From: a virus | Lineage: Duplodnaviria > Caudoviricetes | Direction: 5' to 3' (one strand) | IMG/VR virus record: IMGVR_UViG_3300042973_000021 | Span: 98,083-162,082 of that record | Length of the DNA: 64,000 nucleotides | Shown: positions 19,997-27,159 of the stretch, in pieces | Layout: every line of letters starts with the position of its first letter | Position numbering within the stretch: the stretch's first letter is position 1 | Notes under the pieces: model-generated | Told to the model about the DNA's origin: nothing | Databases searched by the model: none | What the model saw: the letters and a program-made list of their open reading frames with translations, nothing else | Program-made: the position numbers and the translations under genes

Positions 19997-20636
19997 AGAA
20001 AGGAAAAGGCTGATGCATTGGTCGAAATGGATTGACCCAAAATGGCGATTTTAATCCGGCTATCTGTGGCGTTTATCGCCCGACGCTAACAACAGTAGAA
20101 TCTGCTGAAGAGGAATTACTTCTCTTTATGAAGCGAAAAAGTCGTAAGAGCGGACAAGTAATTGAAGCAAGCTGTAAGCAAACGAACGAAGGTTTTGTCG
20201 TCTTACAGGGCAGTCATATTGAAACGATAGATTCTGAAAGTATTCCGCCTGGAATTAAAGACCGTAGACAAAAAGCCAAAATAGATGAAAATGGCATACT
20301 TCAAGAAAACATCTTATTTCGTAGCCCATCATATGCTGCTGCTTTTGTCATTGGCGGGCACGTAAATGGACTGGTAGAATGGAAAACGAAAGACGGGGTA
20401 TCATTGAAAGAAATAGAAAACAGTGAAGAAAATTAAGCATAATTTACATCCATCCTGTCTCCTCAACCCTGTTAATATATCTAACCTATCAACTCAACCC
20501 TATCACTTTTAGGGCAGTTGATATGTTCCCGTGAACAATAAAAATAAGGGTTTCCCGACATTGGCATCTCCGGCAAAGTAGCCGCAAGAAAAACTCAATG
20601 TCTGGAAACCCTTTATTTATGGGCACTTTCAGCTAT

Positions 20637-20678
20637 CTATTTCTCAACTCTTGACATCAATACCACGCACTCAACATG
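20637..20678 (-). other. att junction carrying an rlmD/rumA 3'-end copy (HVECVVLMSRVEK*)
   Basis: Hand translation of the minus strand; matches the conserved C-terminal HVE(T/C)V.L motif of TrmA/RlmD methyltransferases. Confidence 0.8.
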
Positions 20679-20784
20679 TGAAAGTTAGGCTATTTCACAC
20701 ATTTGCAGATTTCCCTTTATTTACAAGGGTTTTCTGGCTGTTTGAGTGTATCGTACATCCATATCGCCGTCTCAGATGAGTAGG

Positions 20785-21711
20785 CTATTTTTGCTTTTTG
20801 GAGCTGTATTTCGTGCTCTTCCTCTTCCTTTCACCAGATTCGGTAATAACAATATTGCTTCGTTTCGCTCGTGCTTCTTGAGCAGCTCGGAATACGTCCT
20901 CTGTAATGATCGGCGGATGGCAGTCCTTCATCTCAAACATCTGACCCTCCGTCACAGAGTCTGCCAGCCGCACTGTTCCTATATATTTCTCGTTTGATAG
21001 CAGGGTATCTACTGACCTCTTGCTCCACCGTTCCTTCCCCGTAGGGGAGGGAATCTTTTGTTCAGCCAGTTTCTTTGTAATCCCCAATATGCTTGCTCCG
21101 TCAATGTACCAACGGAATATATCACGTACCACTTGTGCCTGTGTCGGCTCTACCACGAGATTTCCATCATCGTCCTTCACATAACCATACAGGCGCTTTC
21201 GGTAATTGCCGGAACTGCCGTTCAAAGCGCGGTTCCTGAGTCCCATGCGGATATTCATGCTTCTAGTCTCATTTTCAGCCTGCGCAAATGACTCAGCAAC
21301 AGAAATGAGCAGATCATCATCAACTACATCCGTATCAAGACCATCCTCATCAAATATGACACGTACCCCAGCGGCTTTTAGTCTTCGAAGCGCCTCAAGC
21401 GTATCAACGGTATCTCTTCCAAACCGGCTGATGCTTTTTGTAAGGATAACCGATATATGATGCGCCTCAGCCTCTCGGATCATCCGCTCAAATTCTCGGC
21501 GCGATGCCTCTCCCCTTGCGGTATCAATATCTATAAACGTATCAGTCAGTTTCCATTGCTCGACATTGGCCACCGCTCTTGTTAGAGCTGCTATTTGTGC
21601 GGCAAGGCTATTTAGTTGGTTCTTTTCACCGGTACTAACCCTGCAGTAGATGCCAACATTCATACCCGGATCAGTTCTTTTGGCAGGTATATACCACACC
21701 TTTTGGCTCAC
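20785..21711 (-). CDS. Serine recombinase (catalytic + recombinase domain, no zinc ribbon)
   Basis: YCRVST, KSISRFGR, LYGY, NEKYIG, HPPII; GTG start after AAAGGAGG. Confidence 0.9.
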   Translation of the reverse strand: MSQKVWYIPAKRTDPGMNVGIYCRVSTGEKNQLNSLAAQIAALTRAVANVEQWKLTDTFIDIDTARGEASRREFERMIREAEAHHISVILTKSISRFGRDTVDTLEALRRLKAAGVRVIFDEDGLDTDVVDDDLLISVAESFAQAENETRSMNIRMGLRNRALNGSSGNYRKRLYGYVKDDDGNLVVEPTQAQVVRDIFRWYIDGASILGITKKLAEQKIPSPTGKERWSKRSVDTLLSNEKYIGTVRLADSVTEGQMFEMKDCHPPIITEDVFRAAQEARAKRSNIVITESGERKRKSTKYSSKKQK

Positions 21712-21803
21712 TGTACCGCCTCCTTTCACCTCATTTTAGCCTAATTATATCGAATAATTCTACCAATGTACAGTAGTCTATTATTGGCCTTTTCCGTCTC
21801 AAA

Positions 21804-21850
21804 ACACAAGATATAGGAGCCGAGTCGCCATTCATGCACTACATATTGTA
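21804..21850. promoter_or_regulatory. Pair of NrdR-box-like sites, 32 bp apart (also 23004-23050)
   Basis: ACACAAGATATAGGA and GCACTACATATTGTA versus consensus acaCwAtATaTwGtg. Confidence 0.55.
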
Positions 21851-21877
21851 TGACATCAACGCTACCGTCTCAACGTG
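21839..21877 (-). other. att junction with rlmD 3'-end copy (HVETVALMSYNM*)
   Basis: Hand translation; identical copy at 23039-23077. Confidence 0.8.
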
Positions 21878-23077
21878 TGAAAGTTAGGCTATTTCACACA
21901 TTTTGTAGAATTTCCTTTATTTACAAGGGTTTTCTGGCTGTTTGAGTGTATCGTACATCCATATCCCCGTCTCAGATGAGTAGGCTATTTTTGCTTTTTG
22001 GAGCTGTATTTCGTGCTCTTCCTCTTCCTTTCACCAGATTCGGTAATAACAATATTGCTTCGTTTCACTCGTGCTTCTTGAGCGGCTCGGAATACGTCCT
22101 CTGTAATGATCGGCGGATGGCAGTCCTTCATCTCAAACATCTGACCCTCCGTCACAGAGTCTGCCAGGCGCACAGTTCCTATGTATTTCTCGTTTGATAG
22201 CAGGGTGTCTACTGACCTCTTGCTCCACCGTTCCTTCCCCGTAGGGGAGGGAATCTTTTGTTCAGCCAGTTTCTTTGTAATACCCAATATGCTTGCTCCG
22301 TCAATGTACCAACGGAATATATCACGTACCACTTGTGCCTGTGTCGGCTCTATGACAAGGTTCCCATCATCGTCCTTCACATAACCATACAGGCGCTTTC
22401 GGTAATTGCCGGAACTGCCGTTCAAAGCGCGGTTCCTGAGTCCCATGCGGATGTTCATGCTTCTGGTCTCATTTTCAGCCTGCGCAAATGACTCAGCAAC
22501 AGAAATGAGCAGATCATCATCAACTACATCCGTATCAAGACCATCCTCATCAAATATGACACGTACCCCAGCGGCTTTTAGTCTTCGAAGCGCCTCAAGC
22601 GTATCAACGGTATCTCTTCCAAACCGGCTGATGCTTTTTGTAAGGATAACCGATATATGATGCGCCTCAGCCTCTCGGATCATCCGCTCAAATTCTCGGC
22701 GCGATGCCTCTCCCCTTGCGGTATCAATATCTATAAACGTATCAGTCAGTTTCCATTGCTCGACATTGGCCACCGCTCTTGTTAGAGCTGCTATTTGTGC
22801 GGCAAGGCTATTTAGTTGGTTCTTTTCACCGGTACTAACCCTGCAGTAGATGCCAACATTCATACCCGGATCAGTTCTTTTGGCAGGTATATACCACACC
22901 TTTTGGCTCACTGTACCGCCTCCTTTCACCTCATTTTAGCCTAATTATATCGAATAATTCTACCAATGTACAGTAGTCTATTATTGGCCTTTTCCGTCTC
23001 AAAACACAAGATATAGGAGCCGAGTCGCCATTCATGCACTACATATTGTATGACATCAACGCTACCGTCTCAACGTG
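21878..23077 (-). mobile_element. 1.2-kb recombinase-only integrative element, copy 2
   Basis: Direct repeat of copy 1; similarity ends exactly at the His codon of the rlmD motif. Confidence 0.75.
21985..22911 (-). CDS. Serine recombinase, second copy (2 aa differences from copy 1)
   Basis: Same motifs as copy 1. Confidence 0.9.
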   Translation of the reverse strand: MSQKVWYIPAKRTDPGMNVGIYCRVSTGEKNQLNSLAAQIAALTRAVANVEQWKLTDTFIDIDTARGEASRREFERMIREAEAHHISVILTKSISRFGRDTVDTLEALRRLKAAGVRVIFDEDGLDTDVVDDDLLISVAESFAQAENETRSMNIRMGLRNRALNGSSGNYRKRLYGYVKDDDGNLVIEPTQAQVVRDIFRWYIDGASILGITKKLAEQKIPSPTGKERWSKRSVDTLLSNEKYIGTVRLADSVTEGQMFEMKDCHPPIITEDVFRAAQEARVKRSNIVITESGERKRKSTKYSSKKQK

Positions 23078-23296
23078 CCTAAGAGTCGTACTATTAATCT
23101 CCCAACTGTGAGCATGTAATTATTTACATAAATTCAAAACGCAGGAAAAGTTCATAGGAATCATCCGGCAAATCCCTATATATAAACACTATAATACAGT
23201 GTTCACTATAAATGCAATAAAAATATAATATGCGAAATATTACGCAAAAATAGCCGCGGTCCAGTATTCGGACTGCGGCTGTTTTTTGCTCACTTG

Positions 23297-24871
23297 CTAA
23301 GCTTCGACTTCTACCCTAAGGCCTGATTTGAATTCGACTATGACCTTCTCCTGGCAGATTATTACCCTTCCTACCAGGCGCGTTACCAGAAGGTCTGAGT
23401 ATTCGCTTACGGCCTCGGTCTGGTTTCCAAGGAAACGGGCCAGGTCATCCGTGCGCTTTTTGGTTTCGGTGTCTTTTGACCTGTTCATAAGAACAGACAT
23501 CCTCTGGCTCTGCAGTTTTCTGATTTTATTTCCTATCTTTTCAATCTTCTCTTCATCGGACCCGGCTGCAAGAAGTTTTTCCTGCTGCTTTTTAAGCTCC
23601 GCATCGATCTCCTCAAGTCCCAGGCCGCTCTCCTCCTCAAGAACGGACCGGACATTATCCTGAAGCTGCGGGATAACAGAATTCCTGTCTGCCCAGGCAT
23701 CGTTTACTGCGGTGACAATGGCGGCATGAAGTTCCTCCTCGCTTATAGTCCGGGCCTGGCACTTCCTCCCGGTCTGCTTCATGCTAAGCCGGGTCACGCA
23801 TCTCCAGACAATGGAGATCTTCCCGTTGCGGCGGTACCACTTGACCCTCCGGTAGATATCTCCGCAAAGTCCGCAAAATACGATCCCTGAAAGAGCATAC
23901 TTGCTGGAAAAGCATCTCTTTCTTCCGTTTGAGGACATATTGGCTCGCCTCTCCATCTCGGCCTGGACCCGCATGTAAGTATCCCGGTCGATGATCGGCG
24001 GCTGGCTGTTTTTCACATAATACTGGGGAGCAGACCCGTCATTTCGCTTTCTTGTCTTGTCGAGGACACTCACCGTAACAGTCTTCTGCAGTAGAGCATC
24101 ACCGATGTACTTCTCGTTTTTCAGGATCTGCTTGACATTCGTAGGCCACCACTTGGTGCTGCCGGACCCGTTTTTGATGCCGTCTCTTGCAAGGCCTTCT
24201 GCTATTTTTCCGTAGCTGTTTCCGTCCAGGTAGTCTCTGAAGATCCGCCTTACCGTCCTGGCCTGCTCTTCATTGATGACAAGTTTTCCGTCAGGTCCTT
24301 TGTCGTAGCCTAAGAACCTGGTGTAGTTTACCCTCACCTGTCCCTGCTGGTTACGAAACTGTATTCCCATCTTTACGTTTGCCGACAGGGATTCAGATTC
24401 CTGCTGGGCAAGGGATGCCATAATGGTAAGCAGGACCTCACCCTTGGCATCGAGGGTATTGATGTTTTCTTTCTCGAAGTAGACGGCAATGTTTAAGTTC
24501 TTTAGCTCCCTTGTGTATTTCAGGCAGTCGACCGTGTTTCTTGAAAACCGGCTTATAGACTTGGTTATGATCATATCGATCTTGCCAGCCTTGCAGTCCT
24601 CGATCATATTGTTAAAGGCAGTCCGCTTTGCCGTGCTGGTGCCTGAAATTCCATCGTCGGCAAAGATCCCCGCAAGTTCCCAGGCAGGATTTGCCTTGAT
24701 GTAGTCAGTGTAATGCTTCACCTGCGTCTCATAGCTTGACTCCTGTTCTTCATAGTCTGTCGATACCCGGCAGTAAGCAGCGACCCTGGTCTTATGAATG
24801 CCACTGCCTTCTGTCCGGGTTCCTGTTACCTTGCTCGCCGGGATGACGGTTACATTGTTTGCTACATCCAT
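23297..24871 (-). CDS. Large serine recombinase
   Basis: [17 protein letters not shown], zinc ribbon CGLCG. Confidence 0.92.
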   Translation of the reverse strand: MDVANNVTVIPASKVTGTRTEGSGIHKTRVAAYCRVSTDYEEQESSYETQVKHYTDYIKANPAWELAGIFADDGISGTSTAKRTAFNNMIEDCKAGKIDMIITKSISRFSRNTVDCLKYTRELKNLNIAVYFEKENINTLDAKGEVLLTIMASLAQQESESLSANVKMGIQFRNQQGQVRVNYTRFLGYDKGPDGKLVINEEQARTVRRIFRDYLDGNSYGKIAEGLARDGIKNGSGSTKWWPTNVKQILKNEKYIGDALLQKTVTVSVLDKTRKRNDGSAPQYYVKNSQPPIIDRDTYMRVQAEMERRANMSSNGRKRCFSSKYALSGIVFCGLCGDIYRRVKWYRRNGKISIVWRCVTRLSMKQTGRKCQARTISEEELHAAIVTAVNDAWADRNSVIPQLQDNVRSVLEEESGLGLEEIDAELKKQQEKLLAAGSDEEKIEKIGNKIRKLQSQRMSVLMNRSKDTETKKRTDDLARFLGNQTEAVSEYSDLLVTRLVGRVIICQEKVIVEFKSGLRVEVEA

Positions 24872-25293
24872 TACTTGATCACCTTCTCTTTCACAAGTCC
24901 GTACATGTACTCAGCCTGCTTTCTAGGATCAGCATGAAACTTCCGCGGCGAGAGGAGTACGAACTCTGTCTCAGGCTTTGGCGGTACTCTTTTTCTGCGT
25001 CCCCGCTTTGCGATACCATGCACGCAGTATCTTCTCTGAATTTCCTCCTCGCAGGCTGTTATTTCCTCCTCGGTAAGAATCTGCGGATAAAAGTCATCGC
25101 CCAGGTATTTCCTGTTGGTGATGAGCTTTTTCACCCAGGCGTGGCTATGCGAAAGGCCCTCCGCGGAAGCCGCCGAGGCAAGGCTCATCCCGCCAAGATA
25201 ATTCTTTATAATCCGGTGAATGGTTTCGGCCTCCTCTTCAACGATTAGGGCCTTTCCGTTCTCAATTCTGTAGCCGTATGGTGTATGTTTCAT
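24871..25293 (-). CDS. Small recombinase-domain protein of the integrase triplet
   Basis: TPYGY...[13 protein letters not shown]. Confidence 0.85.
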   Translation of the reverse strand: MKHTPYGYRIENGKALIVEEEAETIHRIIKNYLGGMSLASAASAEGLSHSHAWVKKLITNRKYLGDDFYPQILTEEEITACEEEIQRRYCVHGIAKRGRRKRVPPKPETEFVLLSPRKFHADPRKQAEYMYGLVKEKVIK

Positions 25294-26828
25294 CGAATCA
25301 CCTCCTTAAAAGTCGGTCCGCATTTCAGGACAAATTCGATTTCCGTTTTGCTGCGGACGATTATCTTCTCCACAAAGTCTGTAAACAGATCTCCGTCAAA
25401 CTCTGTGAGCATCCGGCCCTTTCCGGTATAGCGCATCAGTTTCTCAAGCTCCTCTTCCCTGTCCAAAGAGCTCTCATCTTTTGCAGAAAGAAGCTTCTTT
25501 TCTTCAGAAAGTCTGGCCTTCTCCTTTTCAAGACCGGCACTTTCTCTTTCGTAAGTCTCTGAATCAATTAGTCTCATGGTATAAAAGGAGAGGATCTGCT
25601 TTCTTCTCTCCTCGTTCTTTTTTAGAAGCTCATCGATTCTGGAAAGCTGCTCTCCTCCAGCCGTATGGGACTTATTCCTTACCGAATATCTGTAAGGAAC
25701 CAGGATCACTTCTCTTGCAAAAGTAAGCTTGTTCAGCATAGTTGCAAATGCTGCCTGCAGGGCATCCTCCCTGATGGGCTTCTGGCTGCAGGAGTTTCTG
25801 TTCTCAAGATGCCCGGAGCAGGCATAACACCTTCTGCCTTCTGCCCCGATTCTTTTCCACTTTGACCCGCACTCACCGCATATGACTTTTCCTGACATCG
25901 GATAGCGGTTCTGCGTCTGGTCTGTTCCGTAGAAGTTTCCCTTTTCCGCACCGTTCTTTGACATGACTCTGCATGCGGCATCGAAAACCTCCTGGCTGAT
26001 AATGGCTTCATGATGATCGGCTACCCTGTACTTCTGCCTCTCACCGTTATTTATGTGGCGGTTGTAATTATCATCTGTGTAGGTCTTCTGCAGGATAAGA
26101 GAGCCGGTATAGGTTTCATTTCTTATCACGTCCCGGATTGTGCTGCTTCTCCATCTGCCGCCCCTCTTTGTGGTAATGCCATCTGCATTCAGCTCCTTTG
26201 CGATTTCTGTTGTGGACTTGCCGTTTAAGACCCCGTCAAAGATCCGCTTTACCACCCTGGCCTGATCGGAAACCGGTACCATTTTCCTGCCCGCGTATTT
26301 ATAGCCGTAAGGAGCGGGGCTTAAGTAAGTCCCGTTGGCAAAGCGCTTCTGCAAGGCCCATCTTTCATTTGAGGAGATTGACTTCGACTCGCTCTGGGCA
26401 AGGCTTGAGAGAATGGAGAGCATAAGTTCGCTTTCCATCTTTCCGGTGTCAATGTTCTCCTTCTCGAAATACATGTAGACGCCTTTGCTCTGAAGCTCCC
26501 TTACGATTGCAATGCTGTCCACGGTATTTCTTGAAAACCGACTTATGGACTTTACGATGACATAGTCGATAAGGCCCTTCTCGCAGTCTTTTATCATCTT
26601 AAGTAGTCCTTCTCTCTTTGCCGTCTTTGTCCCGCTGATGCCCTCATCATAGTAGAGCCCGGCAAACTCCCAGTCCGGCCTTGCCTTTATGTAGGCTTCG
26701 TAGTGCCTCTTCTGTGCTTCAAGGCTTATGAGCTGGTCATCCGAACCTGTGGACACTCTGGCATAGGCAGCCACGCGGAGCTTGATCTTTCCGGCCTTTG
26801 CTGCCTCTATCTTTGTTATCTGTGCCAT
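25290..26828 (-). CDS. Large serine recombinase
   Basis: [22 protein letters not shown] zinc ribbon. Confidence 0.92.
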   Translation of the reverse strand: MAQITKIEAAKAGKIKLRVAAYARVSTGSDDQLISLEAQKRHYEAYIKARPDWEFAGLYYDEGISGTKTAKREGLLKMIKDCEKGLIDYVIVKSISRFSRNTVDSIAIVRELQSKGVYMYFEKENIDTGKMESELMLSILSSLAQSESKSISSNERWALQKRFANGTYLSPAPYGYKYAGRKMVPVSDQARVVKRIFDGVLNGKSTTEIAKELNADGITTKRGGRWRSSTIRDVIRNETYTGSLILQKTYTDDNYNRHINNGERQKYRVADHHEAIISQEVFDAACRVMSKNGAEKGNFYGTDQTQNRYPMSGKVICGECGSKWKRIGAEGRRCYACSGHLENRNSCSQKPIREDALQAAFATMLNKLTFAREVILVPYRYSVRNKSHTAGGEQLSRIDELLKKNEERRKQILSFYTMRLIDSETYERESAGLEKEKARLSEEKKLLSAKDESSLDREEELEKLMRYTGKGRMLTEFDGDLFTDFVEKIIVRSKTEIEFVLKCGPTFKEVIR

Positions 26829-26856
26829 TTATCTCACCTTCCTTTCTATGGCGCAC

Positions 26857-26890
26857 TACATAAATCACTCTAAAGCGGCTATTTATCAAG
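26857..26890 (-). promoter_or_regulatory. 34-bp promoter-like motif (copies at 52498-52531 and 53666-53699)
   Basis: Three equal-length copies, CTTG(C/A)TA...AGAG(T/C)GAT(A/T)TATGTA, each shortly upstream of an RBS. Confidence 0.65.
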
Positions 26891-27103
26891 TTCATTCGCA
26901 TCAATCCCGGCGCTTCGCGGAGAAAAGCTTTCTCTGTTTTTCTCCATGATCCGATCAAACTCCTCCTGGCTGATAAGTCCTTCCTGCAAGAGCTTTTCTG
27001 TAAGCTCCCTGGCAAGAAGATAGCGGTATTCAGCTCTCATGTCCTCGTCCGTTATCTGCCTCGCCTCCGTATTAAACTGTTCAGTTATCTTTGTTACATC
27101 CAT
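26879..27103 (-). CDS. SHOCT-domain small protein (possible directionality factor)
   Basis: LLQEGLISQEEFDRI; AGGAGG RBS; sits just before the recombinase triplet. Confidence 0.7.
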   Translation of the reverse strand: MDVTKITEQFNTEARQITDEDMRAEYRYLLARELTEKLLQEGLISQEEFDRIMEKNRESFSPRSAGIDANELDK

Positions 27104-27123
27104 AAAAAAACACCTCCTGTCAT

Positions 27124-27158
27124 GTAGCCTTGGCAGGAGGTGAAATCTGACGTTTTTT
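27124..27158 (-). promoter_or_regulatory. Putative phage-sigma promoter AAAAACGTCAGATT-N13-AGGCTAC, copy 1
   Basis: Three copies with identical spacing, all intergenic at operon starts. Confidence 0.7.
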
Positions 27159-27159
27159 A

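Larger units (their letters stand above)
17734..20091 (+). mobile_element. IS21-family element
   Basis: IRs TGTTAGGGTCGGGCGATA / TATCGCCCGACGCTAACA, 4-bp TSD ACAG, internal AAATCGCCATT repeats. Confidence 0.92.
17175..20436 (+). pseudogene. GIY-YIG nuclease / DUF4357 protein interrupted by IS21
   Basis: GVYFL..VYIGQA; C-terminal FRSPSYAAAFVIGG..NG..EWK; rejoined sequence reads PANTVESAEEELL. Confidence 0.85.
1..20678 (-). mobile_element. Prophage 1 (phi-m46.1-like), attL-proximal part with defence cargo; continues beyond the left window edge
   Basis: Sigma-like, DUF2800 and DUF2815 genes homologous to those of prophage 2; bounded at 20678 by an rlmD 3'-end att junction; visibly more AT-rich than the rest of the window. 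Confidence 0.8.
20679..21877 (-). mobile_element. 1.2-kb recombinase-only integrative element, copy 1
   Basis: Bounded by att junctions; near-identical to 21878..23077. Confidence 0.75.

Noticed and set aside
20544-20620. Long inverted repeat AAGGGTTTCC.GACATTG / CAATGTC.GGAAACCCTT near the prophage 1 end
   Set aside because: Real, but cannot be distinguished from a terminator or integrase accessory site; no function supportable
20679-23077. Tandem 1.2-kb repeat as an assembly artefact
   Set aside because: The copies differ by mostly synonymous substitutions and end precisely at att junctions; long reads would still be a useful check
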